Assembly (NCBI RefSeq): GCF_006345805.1
Contig: NC_042999.1
Location: forward strand, 16,740,001-16,804,000
DNA: 64,000 nucleotides
Direction of reading: 5' to 3'
Origin: Octopus sinensis
Taxonomy: Eukaryota
Shown here: positions 41,627-55,194 of the stretch, one piece after another
How the letters are laid out: each line of letters begins with the position of its first letter
How positions within the stretch are numbered: the first letter of the stretch is position 1
Made by a program: the position numbers and the translations under genes
The notes under the pieces: model-generated
What the model was told of the DNA's origin: nothing
Seen by the model: only the letters and a program-made list of their open reading frames with translations
Database searches by the model: none

Positions 41627-42714
41627 CCACACTAAATTATACGTGAGATTCAGTTGAATTAGGTACTTAAATTGAGGCACGTTGTTAGGTCGGAATAATA
41701 TACACAGATAACATTATTATGTAAATATCAAACTTGGTACATAAGTACCAACCGAGAAAGATGTTCATGCAGTGTATGTAGACAATTAGAGCCAGCTTAA
41801 TATAGAAATTCGTCCTGTAGCTGTTCAGACATCTACATTGTATTATATATACAGTCCATAATATTTGCGTTCTGAGTTCACATTCGGCTGAGGTCAACTT
41901 TGCCTTTCATCCTTTCGGGGCGGAAAAATTAAGTACCAGTTACGTTCTGCGTTCGATCTAATCGACTGGCCCCTCCCCAAAATGTCGGGCCTTGTGCCTA
42001 GAGTAGAAAAGAATAATTAATACGTTCTGAGTTCAAATTTCGCCGAGCTCGACTGTGGCTTTCATCCTTTCAGGATCAATAAGTTAAGTACTAGTTGTGT
42101 ACTGGAGTCATGATAATCGACTGGTGGCCTCCCCCAAAATTTCGGCTCTTATGCCTAGAGTAGAAAAGAATATTCACGAAGGGAAGTTTCCGAGACAGGT
42201 GAATAAAATATATATAAGTAACAGTAGAGATACAGGTGTCAGTCAAATACGGCCGTTTCTAACTGCTCCTCTAATTGATTAATGAAAAGAACATTCTGTG
42301 AACTGAAATAATAGCAGAATCACTGAAGTGTTTTTGAAAATAAAATGATGTCAAACTATGTCAAGTCATTTGAAATGACCCTAAATTTGAAGTTCATGAA
42401 TTCATCTGACGGAAACTGGCTTTTATAATGATGTAACGTCTTCATTAATCGATTACAGGAGACGTTAGAAATGACTGTAAAAGATTGACACCTAAACCTC
42501 CAGTGTTACTCATTTATATTTTGTATACCTCACTGTAAATATATATAAACATATATATAGATACACACACACACACATATATATATACATATATACATAT
42601 ATATATATACACACATATATATATATACATATATATATATACATATATATATGCTTATAAGTATGCATATATATATATATGTATGCATATATACACAGGA
42701 ACACATAGATACAT

Positions 42715-42765
<51 letters not shown>

Positions 42766-44171
42766 CAATGAGAAGTAGAGTGTGAAAGAGTGAGAGGAAG
42801 AGAGGGAAGAGAAGAAACAGATAGAGAAAGAAAAAATAGAGATATGGGGATATATGTACATAAAACATATAACGTGAGTGTGTATGTATGTGTGTGTATA
42901 TATGTATGTGTGTGAGTATGTGTGTGTTTGCGTGTATGCGTATATATATATAATACATATATCATATTATTTTGATTCTTTGCCATTGAAGAGAGCCAGA
43001 AAAAGGAAATGCATAAGTCAGTTCTCTTTAATCACGTCTCCCTCTAATAAATATCGTAGTTTTGACAAAGCACGTCCATAACTTAGAACAAGTATCTATT
43101 ATACATATATGTATAAAATAGTGCGTGCGTCTAGGCATATGTTTTCATAACGATACACACGCGTATATCTATCTATTTATACACACATATATACATACAT
43201 ACGCTCATACATATATGTATATACACAACATATACATGAATGTATGAATATATATTAACTTGCTATGACTATTATTATCTTTTTATAGTTTCCTTTCCTT
43301 ACACAATCCATAGAATTACCATGAATAATTCCAAAATATAATCTGCTTAGTTATTTGTGAAAGTATTTTACGCATAAATACATTAATTTAACTTTTCCAC
43401 CCACCCTAATTCTTTTGTATCCATACTTAGAATTCCTATCTATTAGCAATATATTTTTAATGTATATATTTATCTCTTCTTATAAATTCCAGGTCTTTAA
43501 TTATTTAATATAAAATTAGCTAATATTAAAATATTACGTGTTTACTTTTTCCTTCATGTTTATTGATTTTCAAAATTATTTCTATAGTTTTTGAGTTAAC
43601 CACATAAATATATTTAAATTTTGCTTAAAACGTTAAAATGTTTTTTGACACATTTAACTATATTCATATATAGTGATACAGCATTACATAAGAGCTTTTC
43701 AAATATTACTTACGCAGATTTACTAACTTAATTTTACGCACTTTTTCTCGTTATACTAGGGTTTATAAATTTAATTGTTCAGGCAAATTGTTTCCCGCCA
43801 CCGTATCCTTCAACATACACTAATTCCCATAAACCCCACGTTTTTTAAATGTCTCTGTAAACTGTTTCAAAATCAACCATCATCTTAGATATAACATATG
43901 CTGTATCTAAATTCATTACAAATAACCTATTCGTGATAAATCTTAACGTGGGTGTGTGGTAAGAAGTTTGCTTCTCAACCACGAGGTCCTTGGTTCAGTT
44001 CAATTGCTTAGCACCTTCGGCAAGTGTCTGCTGCTATAGCCACATGGGGATCAAAGCTTTGTGATTGGATTTCACAGACGGAAACTGACAGGAACCCATC
44101 GTGTGTCCATATATATATATACATCTCTTTCTCTCTCTCTCTCTCTCTGTATATATATATATATTTATATA

Positions 44172-44860
44172 CAGTGTACATTTAAACACACAAGAGATGA
44201 CCATCATAGGACACCTAGCACGCTAGAAGTAGTAGCCAAACCACTATTAGGGAGAAATTACGAAGGGAATGAAAAATAAAAACATTTACATTCTATCTCC
44301 TGGACCATGCCTTTGGACACTATATTAGCAAATAAAGTAATTTACTAGGCGAAGTTCTCATCAGCAGGGAGGCCAAAATTAACATATAAATACGAGTTAA
44401 CACAGCATATGACTCGTGCCTACATATAATTTTTCAAATCCACCGCGCAAGCGCAGTTTTTTGTCGACAGCATATTGAAAAAATGCCGACTTGCCAAGAA
44501 AATTTGCCTCGAGGCATATGCTATATTGCTTCGTTTTATGTTAATCTTGGCGTCCCTGCTGATGAGAACTTCGCCTAGCAAATTACTTTATTTGCTAATT
44601 TAGAGTTCGAAACCATGGTCGAAGAGATAGACGGTAAATGTTTTTATTTTTCCTTTCCTTCGAAATTTCTCCTTAATGATGGTTTGGAATTTGGCTACTC
44701 CTTCTAGCGTGCTAGGTGTTCTATGATGGTCATCTCTTATGTGTTTAAATGTACACTGTATTTATATGAATAAAATATAGTCTATTGACAAGTTTTCTAC
44801 ATGGTAGGTCACTGGTAGTAAAAATTTCAAAATTTTATTCCTACCCTGATATTTATTAAT
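44172..44860. mobile_element. Penelope-like palindromic element (palindrome 44172-44758) with two head-to-head hammerheads
   Basis: Arms are inverted over ~270 bp. The right arm continues into an aattttattcc...attaattata tail. Confidence 0.78.
44555..44625 (+). ncRNA. Type-I hammerhead ribozyme motif
   Basis: CTGATGA 44559-44565; stem II gaact/agttc enclosing tagcaaat/atttgcta; GAAA 44609-44612; palindromic stem III accatggt; GUC at 44618-44620. Stem I is broken in this arm but intact (cctg/cagg) in the mirror arm. Confidence 0.7.
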
Positions 44861-44873
44861 TATATATATATAT

Positions 44874-45186
44874 ATCACGTCACCATCACGTGACCGACCA
44901 GTCCATCAGATGTAGTTACACATCGCTGGTCACAATGCGTTCGCATTGTTTTAGCCTTCGAATGACGCCACCCCGCTGGCTAAGCGAGCAGGCCAACGGA
45001 AGAAAGAGTGGGAGAAAGAGTGGTGAAAGAGTACAGCAGGGGTTGCCACCCTCCCCCTGCCGGAGCCTCGAGGAGCTTTTAGGTGTTCTCGCTCAATAAA
45101 CACTCACAACGCCCGGTCTGGGAATCGAAACCGCGATCCTACGACCGCTAGTCCGCTGCCCTAACCACTAGGCCATTGCGCCTCCA
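44874..45186 (-). mobile_element. OR-like tRNA-Arg SINE (tail type 1)
   Basis: Head gtggaggcgcaatggcctagtggttagggcagcggac, B-box ggtttcgattcc, tail ending cacgtgata. Confidence 0.88.
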
Positions 45187-45208
45187 CACACACACACACA
45201 CACACATA

Positions 45209-45246
<38 letters not shown>

Positions 45247-45674
45247 CTACGATTGTTCACCACCACCACCACTTCTCAACCAGTGTTGGTGCGTTTATGT
45301 CCTCGTAACCTAGCGGTTCTGCATCAGCGATCGATAAAATTCTCCAATGAAGTAACCCAACTTGGCTGCAGTTGAATGACTGAAACAAGTAAACACATAA
45401 AAGAACAAAATGATATCGTTCTTGTTCATTGGTATTCCCACCAACATTTCCTGATAATTGACATCGTTATCCTTTTTTTGCTTTCTATTTATGAATTGGG
45501 TGATATTTGCGACATTACGATGAAAACCTCAGAGAAAACAACCGCGTAGTTGTAAGTACAAAATAAATATATTTAATATATTCTACAGAACAAGTGTTGG
45601 CTTCTTTATTACAGTTTCCTGATCGTTTAAATCAATAAATTAATGCTTTTATATTACACATTTTATTAGATATT

Positions 45675-46056
45675 GTGGAGGCGCAATGGCCCAGTGGTTA
45701 GGGCAGCGGACTCGCGGTCATAGGATCGCGGTTTCGATTCCCAGACCGGGCGTTGTGAGTGTTTATTGAGCGAAAGCACCTAAAGCTCCACGAGGCTCCG
45801 GCAGGGGATGGTGGTGAACCCTGCTGTACTCTTTCACCACAACTTTCTCTCACTCTTACTTCCTGTTTCTGTTGTACCTGTATTTCAAAGGGCCGGCCTT
45901 GTCACTCTGTGTCACGCTGAATATCCCCGAGAACTACGTTAAGGGTACACGTGTCTGTGGACTGCTCAGCCACTTACACATTAATTTCACGAGCAGGCTG
46001 TTCCGTTGATTCGGATCAACCGGAACCCTCGTCGTCGTAACCGACGGAGTGCTTCC
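45675..46056 (+). mobile_element. OR-like tRNA-Arg SINE (tail type 2)
   Basis: Same head; RTE-like terminal hairpin cgtcg-taac-cgacg; TSD attagatat at 45665-45673 and 46057-46065. Confidence 0.9.
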
Positions 46057-47229
46057 ATTAGATATAAGTGGAATATTCTATGTTTAAAAACGATTATTTC
46101 ATAAAAATATGAAGCTGCTGACGATTATAATTCGTTACTCTGATGCAAAATTAGCTATATTCTAAACTATGAATTTAAATCCATTAAATTCCTAATAGAT
46201 CAATGATATTAAATTCTTACAAATCCCATCGCAAATGAAAAATTCTCAAAAGTTAGATAATGTAAAATACATTTTATCACCCCGGCAAAACCAATTGTTT
46301 TCCCGAAAACATTAAACTTACTTAATGCAAATTTTGAGGAATCAAATTATAGCTATGTATAGAAAACGTACTGTATTTTAAATGATATCAATATCGAAGG
46401 TCCAAAATATGGGTTTCTGCAAGTACAGGGGAGGGGATAGGTCGGGAGTGTAAATCGATTACATCGAGTGCAGTCTTATTTTATTGACCCCGAAAGGATG
46501 GAATTCGAAATCGAACCCGGCGGAAGTTGATCTCAGAACGTAAATGACGGACTAAATGCCGCTAAACATTTTGACCAGTGTGTCAATGATTTTGCCATCT
46601 CGTCCTCTTACATGGCCAAAATGTTGGTTTCAAATTTTGACACGACGCCACCAAATTTGGTCGATTACATCGACCGCAGTTATTAACATTTTATCGAACG
46701 CAAAAATGAAGAAAGACGAAGTCAATCTCGGCGGAGTTTGAACTCAGAACGTAAAGACGGACGAAATGCTGCTAAGCATTTTGTCCGGCAGGGTAACGAT
46801 TCTGCCAGCTCACCGCCTTACATAGCCAAAATATTACCAATTGCATGAAATGAATTACTGCACTTAAACATCCTTGCTTTACACTTAAGTGCTATCATAA
46901 TTATTGGAAATTAACATTTCACTTAGGTTAACAAACGCAATTGGCATTAACCTAGTAAAGTAACGAAACCTAGTTTCGTGTCTATAATTATAGAATATTA
47001 TACAAAACATCATAGATTTCTTTCTATCAATTTCTCTAAAACTACTTATAAATATTACAGTTAGACATAACAGATTACAACTCTTTCATCTCTCTATAAC
47101 AATTATATAATTCTAATAACTGCGAAAATCGACAATTAATAAATATTAAGGACTTTATCTACAAGGCACTTTAATTACAAAAGTCCTTTTACCTATTTTA
47201 ATGATAGTATATAGGAAAAGTGGGGAGAC

Positions 47230-47640
47230 TTTACTCTTTTACTCTTTTACTTGTTTCAGTCATTTGACTGCGGCCATGCTGGAGCACCGCCTTTAGTCGA
47301 GCAATTCGACCCCGGGACTTATTCTTTTGTAAGCCCAGTACTTATTCTATCGGTCTCTTTTGCCGAACCGCTAAGTAGCGGGGACATAAACACACCAGCA
47401 TCGGTTGTCAAGCAATGCTAGGGGGACAAACACAGACACACAAACACACACACGCACATATATATATATACATATATACGACGGGCGTCTTTCAGTTTCC
47501 GTCTACCAAATCCACCCACAAGGCTTTGGTCGGCCCGAGGCTATAGGAGAAGACACCTGCCCAAGGTGCCACGCAGTGGGACTGAACCCGGAACCATGTG
47601 GTTGGTAAACAAGCTACTTACCACACAGCCACACCTGCAC
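47230..47640 (-). mobile_element. SINE family 3, full length
   Basis: Complete head, CORE-like block, internal TA/TG repeat and (aaagagt)n tail. Confidence 0.9.
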
Positions 47641-48615
47641 TTTGTTGAAGTTAATGATATACTTGAATTAATTATATCACTCTGAATTATATAGGAATTT
47701 CCTTAGATTCTATATTTGGATATAACAGCATTTTCCATATATAACCTTTACTCACAAAAAGCTAACTGATCCCAAATATGGTTAACATACTTTTATCTAT
47801 GGTGTAGGTCTGCTGATACTCGTCGAAACTAGTCAGTCTAAATTTACCTTGTTAGATTTTATATTAAACTTCAACGATCCAGTATATTATGAGTACAAAA
47901 TAGAACTTTGTAATAAAACAACGAACTCCCTGAGAATATATCCTAAAAATATAATCAATAATGTAGATAAAATATTTCGTTTAGGATAATAAAGATTTAT
48001 GCTAAGAAAAATCTTCTTAGATTCCTGTATTTGTTATAATGATGTTCTACTCCAAAGTGGGCACCGTAATAAAATTAAGCATTAAAAAACATACAGGGCA
48101 CTAAAAACTTCGCTAGGAAATGTAATATTACCGTGTGCTTACTTGTATTTTAAGAGAGAAACTTGCAACACTGCCCACACATAACTAAATGTATTTTTGT
48201 CAACATCAGCATTATGGCTAGATCATAGCTAGTGACGTCACAAGGAGTCGCACTGCAGCAAAATGTTGATCATTGTTATCCTTCTGATAGTTCATCTATT
48301 AATCTTATGAATTTCATCAATCTTATTAGTTTAGGTACGATATTAAAAAAAATACAACGCGTCCATTTTGTTTTTTACATTCGCTTTTCTATTACAATTT
48401 TCGATTTTGTTTGATGACTAAACTCAAGAGTATTTCGTATATTCTTATTTCTTTTTCACTCTACCATAAACAATATTTATTAAATCAATTCTATAAATTG
48501 AAGTTTCAGTTTGGATTTCTTTTCTATATCATTTACATTATACATAATATATATATATATATATATATAGGTTATATTAAATCTCTGAGCGAGAGGTAAA
48601 CAGTAGCAATACGGA

Positions 48616-48751
48616 ATCGTAACATTTAATTGCCAACCATGAGTGAGGTCTTACACGGGACAGTGCTACTGGTGTGTCACCTTGGGGCTATAAATACCAG
48701 TAGCACTGTCCTGTATAGGACGCCACACTTGGTTGGCAATTATGTTACGAT
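48616..48751. repeat. 136 bp hairpin
   Basis: Perfect inner 16 bp stem ggacagtgctactggt/accagtagcactgtcc, extended to ~55 bp imperfect arms. Confidence 0.85.
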
Positions 48752-48794
48752 ATATATATATATATATATATGTAAATATATATACATACAAAAC

Positions 48795-48863
<69 letters not shown>

Positions 48864-48915
48864 TCCTGGCTGCTATTTTCAGCATGCCGGTATCCCGTAG
48901 ATACTCTAAGTTATA

Positions 48916-48948
<33 letters not shown>

Positions 48949-49004
48949 TACCTTTACATATACGTATATATTATATATATATATATATATATACTTATAT
49001 ACAT

Positions 49005-49082
<78 letters not shown>

Positions 49083-49814
49083 AACACACATATAAATATT
49101 ACTTCTAAATTATTCAGTATTATTCTTATATTGTTCCAATTTCTAAATGTCATTTCCACTCCGACAGTGCAAGCCCTGCTTTAATGATAGTATTTCATTT
49201 GTTCTGGTAAGGGATATATTTTTGCCTCAAAAGACGTCATTCACCGTTTTTATTGGCTTTTGACTTCAGCAGATGATAAGCTCAAATATAGTTAACAAAA
49301 GTGTAAACGTGTCCACAGCTCTCCCTTTGTGAATAGGCCATGAAACTGTCATTTTGTTTATGATATGCTAATTTTAGAGAATTTTTGCTTCTTGCCTATA
49401 TCTTTATTTCTCATTTGGAGTTACTACGACGCGACTACTTTAGGTTTCCTAAGTGCGTATATAACTTTAGTACATCATAGGTGTATCATGTATAAGCGCA
49501 AGCGTAGCTCTTTGGTCAGAGCTTTCCTTTCCAACCACCTATTTTGGGATTCAGTATTAAAAATATTTTTAAAAGTTAAGTGTAATAAAAAAAGTTCATA
49601 ATTGTTTCTTACTAGTCTCAACAGAGTTCACGTGGTGTTGTTGTTTTTTTTTGGGGGGGGGGAGCGGTAGCATAATGGCTCTCTTGTGCCTTGACTAGAT
49701 TCGTTGATAAGGTTCGTTTTTTCAAGAAGAACTGAAACATGTAAGATTCCTAAGAAATTTAAATTATCTTATACAGTGGCGTTTTCAAACTTCTTATATA
49801 TATATATATATATA

Positions 49815-49858
<44 letters not shown>

Positions 49859-49864
49859 TATATA

Positions 49865-49907
<43 letters not shown>

Positions 49908-50048
49908 CGTATATGTGTGTGTGTATATATGTATGTATATAAACACTTACATAATAGATACATGTGTGTATGTGTTTCTGAGTGTGTATGTAACATGTAT
50001 ATTGATGTTCCTTTTTACAAAATAGAAATATATATATATATATATATA

Positions 50049-51272
50049 TAAAATATTATTCGAGACAAAACCACTATTTTGCAAAACAAACAAGGAAAGA
50101 CTTAATCAATACATAAAATTTTAATAAATAGTCAAAAAAACCGCCACTACAATCGTTTCTTGTCTTGATCAACAATCTTCAAGTGGACTTCCAATCTAAA
50201 AAATCAATATTTTAAAATATAAAAATAATAATTTTAAAATAATTAAAGTATGAATGAAAAAATATAACTATATAATCCATATATAACCTATCTATAATCC
50301 ATATATAATCAATATATAAACAATATATAAACAATATTTAAACAATATATAAACTAAAAAAACCTCTCAACAATTAAATATAAAATATAAAATATAAAAT
50401 ATAAAATATAAAATATAAAATATAAAATATAAAATATAAAATATAAAATATAAAACAAAACAAAACAAATAATAATAATATAATAATAAACTATATATAC
50501 ACCCATACGCATATACCTAATTATATATAACCATATCTAACTACATACACTAAATCACACATCACAATTCCAAGCAACGCTAGTCCACCACCCGGTTATT
50601 CACGTGGCAAAACGAACACCACTCAAAAATTATGAATGAAACAATGTAATAAAACAACCAACATCGAAAAAAGACAACTTACCACGAATTCCCTAAAATA
50701 ACCATGATAAACCAAAACTCATAAAAGCATATAACGATAAAATCTCCCTTTGCTAAACTCTATAACAAACCTATATAGTAATCCCCCTAAACCTAAACAT
50801 TCACACACAAATACACACTCGTAAAACACAGACCCACAACTTATACACATACCTATCCTAATTTATAAACCTCAATATACACCAAAACCCACTCCCTCCC
50901 CACACAGACAAATTAACACAAACATCCCAAAACCTAAATAACAAACCCATATACACATTCACACACAAACACACACACACACAAAAAACACACACACACA
51001 ACAGATACATATACTCCCTCACATATACTCATATATATACTCACTAAACTCGATATATACAACAATATTTACACACCCACACTCATACAGATAAATAAAA
51101 TATACAACTGAAAACTCACACACAATATGTATTGATTAAGTCTTTCCTTGTTTGTTTTGCAAAATAGTGGTTTTGTCTCGAATAATATTTTATAATATTT
51201 TACTATAAAATCGATTTAATCCTAAATCTGTTTTTCCCTGTAAATTTGGATTTATTCCCTAATATTATTATT
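50049..51272. mobile_element. Penelope-like insertion: inverted terminal repeat, G-poor body, plus-strand tail
   Basis: Perfect ~66 bp inverted repeat (50049-50112 / 51128-51193). Degenerate minus-strand hammerhead at 50144-50186 (ccac-TTGAAGA-ttgt..acaa-GAAA-cgattgt-A-gtgg). Confidence 0.65.
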
Positions 51273-51305
51273 ATATATATATATGATATATATATATATA
51301 TATTA

Positions 51306-51358
<53 letters not shown>

Positions 51359-51922
51359 ATAATATATATATGGGTTGATTCTATGATGATTTCCTTTTGT
51401 GTTGAGTCGAAACTGGATATATTTATTGTTGAGAAGACCCACAAGGCGATATTTCTAGCGTTCTTCGTTTTCGTTTCAAAGGATATTCGAAAAGAAAACT
51501 AAAGAATATTTTGAAACAAATCGACAAATCACAGATAGTCTTAGATACGAAGCATATCTGTTAATGCATTAATCGATATAATATATTTATCTGAATTCAG
51601 AATTTTATTCTAAGAATACGTGTCGCTTTGGAAAAAAAATGATGGCATGACAAAAGAAAATTTTATCTCATGTTTATCAGAACATTCTGGAAATGCACAG
51701 AAGCTCAATTAAGGAGAGCGTTTTGTTAATCACTCCTACACATCAAACTATCTACATCGTGAGTCGATTCTATTTATATTACGCGCACTGTGTATAAGAT
51801 TCTCTGTTTTCATGATGAAAATAGCTGCAGCAGCAGTATTCTTGTTGTTGTTGTTGTTATTATTGTTGTTGTTGTTGTTGTTATTATTATCATTATTATT
51901 ATTATTTTGATTATTATTATTA

Positions 51923-52030
<108 letters not shown>

Positions 52031-52687
52031 TAAATAGATTTTTGTAAGGCAAGCACAACGTCACAAAGTGTATGGTAAGGTGTATCGATAGAAGTATTCT
52101 ACTCGTTTTTTAACATTCGAAACAATTCTAACCCAATAATCTCTTTTGTATGGATTTATATTCCATCGTAGCTTTCATTGTAGTATACCAAAATCAGTAA
52201 TTTATAAACATATAAATACTGAACATTAATAAAAAAAAAACAATTGTTAATTAAGTTAACTATGATATATATTTGAATATAAGATGTCTAGATATACCAA
52301 ATTAACTTATGATGAAACAAATTAAAATAATGGATATCAATTTAGATTAGGAGTCCTCAACTAGAGGTCTATATGGTCCTTGGGGATCCATATTAGACAT
52401 TCAATTTCTTTATTAACTATGTAGTTGAGAAAAAGTGGGGACGATACGAGGACAGACAAAACAAATATTGGGGTCAGGGTATCGAATGAGACGAAACGTA
52501 TGAATAAACAAACAATTAAAATATATACAATTAAATGAAAATGAGTGATTTACAAAAAATGATGCGGAGGACGCGGTCGACCCCACAAACCACATACACA
52601 CACTGAAGCTTTTGTTAACATTCAAGTGCAGTAAATTGGTTATTCTTCTAAAATGCACAAAATGTTTTAACAGTTTTTTATATAATT

Positions 52688-52866
52688 TTTACTCTTTTAC
52701 TCTGTCATTTGACTGTGGCCATGCGGAAGCACCACCTTTAGTCGAGCAAATCGACCCCAGGACTTATTCTTTCTAAGCCTCGTACTTATTCTATCGGTTT
52801 CTCTTGCCGAACCGCTAAGTTACTGGGACGTAAACACACCAGCATTGGTTGTTAAGCGATGTTGGG

Positions 52867-52903
<37 letters not shown>

Positions 52904-53073
52904 CATATATACGACGGGCTTCTTACAGTTTCCGTCAACCAAATCCACTCACAAGGCTTTGGTCGACCCGAGACTATAGTAGAAGACACATGCCTAAGGT
53001 GCCACGCAGTGGGACTGAACCCGGAACCATGTGGCTGGTAAAAAAGCTACTTACCCCACAGCTACTCCTACGT
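52688..53073 (-). mobile_element. SINE family 3, full length
   Basis: Same layout as 47230-47640. Confidence 0.88.
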
Positions 53074-53568
53074 AACATTTAATTATAAAAATATAATGAG
53101 AGCTTCTTAAAATTTCAAATGGTTCTGGGTCTAGTAATTAGAGTTGAATAGAAATCAAAGGTGTCTACTGGCAAAGAATGGTTGAGAACCCCGATTTAAA
53201 CGGACAGGAACGATATTTAAACTTAAGTAGCTATAAGAGCTCAATATTAAAGCAAGAAGCTAGTAATGTAAGCGGAAGATATAAACACAGTAGAATGAGG
53301 TAATTGTTCATACCAGCCCTCAAAAATTGTAGAATAATCCACAAATACGATCTATACACTCTGGGGAAACGCTTAACTAAATTTAAAAGATAAAGATAAA
53401 CCATCAATGTATATTTATCACAGTTGACTACGAAAGTCTTTGAACTGTTTTATATTTCTATATGGAACACTACTGCCAAAAATATCTCTCGGAGGTAGGT
53501 TGAAAATTCACAATACACCATATATTTTACATAAAGTATGAATATATGTACGAATATATATATATATA

Positions 53569-53980
53569 GGCGCAGGAATGGCTGTGTGGTAAGTAGCTTG
53601 CTTACCAACCACATGGTCCTGGGTACAGTCCCACTGCGTGGCATCTTGGGCAAGTGTCTTCTGCTATAGCCCCGGGTCGACCAATGCCTTGTGAGTGGAT
53701 TTGGTGGACGGAAACTGAAAGAAGCCCGTCGTATATATGTATATATATATGTATGTGTGTGTGTGTTTGTGTGTCTGTGTTTGTCTCCCTAGCATTGCTT
53801 GACAACCGATGCTGGTGTGTTTACGTCCCCGTCACTTAGCGGTTCGGCAAAAGAGACCGATAGCATAAGTACTGGGCTTGAAAAGAATAAGTCCCGGTGT
53901 CTATTTGCTCGACTAAAGGCGGTGCTCCAGCATGGCCGCAGTCAAATGACTGAAACAAGTAAAAGAGTAAAGAGAGAGTA
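53569..53980 (+). mobile_element. SINE family 3, full length
   Basis: ggcgcaggaatggctgtgtggtaag...ccagcatggccgcagtcaaatgactgaaacaagtaaaagagt. Confidence 0.9.
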
Positions 53981-54390
53981 TATAAACAGTATGGGTAATA
54001 ACTGAAGAAATGCCTGCGATAAAACGAAAGTAAAACCAATGTAAAATGTTCAGAGCGCCAAAATACAGGAAACAAAAATACTTCTCTGCAGAACCCACAA
54101 CTGCAAACCTAGAAGTGCTGTCAAACGCTTCCTCTATATATTCATGACCCAGTGAAATAATGCGAACCCCATACTGCTCATTCTACAGAAATACCATAAC
54201 AACGATAACAACAATCCATACAACTATTGCATAGAAACAACATCTACTAATATAATGCAACTTACAGTCTTTATGACAATATCCAGTAAATGACAAGGTT
54301 ACACATAACTGAAAATGCGTGGTGGACCAACATACATCCGTAAGATATCGCTTAAATAACAACAACAACAACAACAATAATAATAATAAC

Positions 54391-54477
<87 letters not shown>

Positions 54478-54487
54478 AAGAAGAAGA

Positions 54488-54960
54488 ATTATGATACGGT
54501 CACAGAAAATATGAAAGCAACCATACTATGGGATATGCCAATACACACATATGGAGAAATTATGGCCAAAGGCCGAATATAGTTGTTAGAGATCATCAAG
54601 AAAAAATGTTTTATAATCGATGTGTCAATACCAACAGATGATAACGTTTCTATAAAAGAAATGGAGAAACTTTCATTATGGAAATAGAAGTATCACGAAT
54701 GTGGAGTCTAAAAAGAGAAACAATTCCTATCGTAATCGGCGTATTAGGTGTCAAAAACAAATTTCAGACAAATACCAGGACTTACAAATATATATAACAT
54801 ACAGAAAATAGCACGACAAGGCACTGCACACATCCTATGTAACACACTTTCAATACAGTAAATATAAGAGCATCACAACAAACTACAGCACATACTCAAG
54901 GCACACAGAGCTGCGCTCGGTAGTGAAGTGAAAACAGGCGATAAAAATAAAACTACTGGA
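54488..54960 (+). mobile_element. R4/Dong-clade LINE 3' end (restriction-like endonuclease domain) within (AAT)n/(AAG)n
   Basis: With frameshifts: KATILWDMPIHT..PNIVVRDHQEK..IIDVSIPTDDNVSIKEMEKLS..EIEVSRMWSLKRETIPIVIGVLG..QKIA..GTAHIL..TLSIQ* (stop 54859-54861). Confidence 0.88.
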
Positions 54961-54962
54961 TA

Positions 54963-55039
<77 letters not shown>

Positions 55040-55194
55040 TAAAAATAATAATGATGATGATTATTATTATTATTATTATTATTGAAGAAGAAGAAGAAGA
55101 AGAAGAAGAAGAAGAAGAAGAAGAAGAAGAAGAAGAAGAAGAAGAAGAAGAAGAAGAAGAAGAAGAAGAAAAAGAAGAAGAAGAAGAAGAAGAA

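Larger units (their letters stand above)
43950..45390 (+). mobile_element. Old SINE family 3 copy split at its internal microsatellite
   Basis: 5' half at ~43950-44110 and 3' half at ~45240-45390 (ending gactgaaacaagtaaa), with two younger elements between. Confidence 0.65.

Noticed and set aside
44172-44758. Tc1-type MITE (TA|cagtg ends)
   Set aside because: Disfavoured because both arms carry hammerhead cores and the right arm continues into a Penelope-like tail; not fully excluded.
45675-45750. tRNA-Arg gene (also the heads at 3406, 34437 and 45186)
   Set aside because: A and B boxes are present but the acceptor stem does not close, and the sequence continues into SINE bodies with tails and TSDs.
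49692-49700. miR-279-like tgactagat
   Set aside because: Only a 9 nt match and no precursor hairpin.
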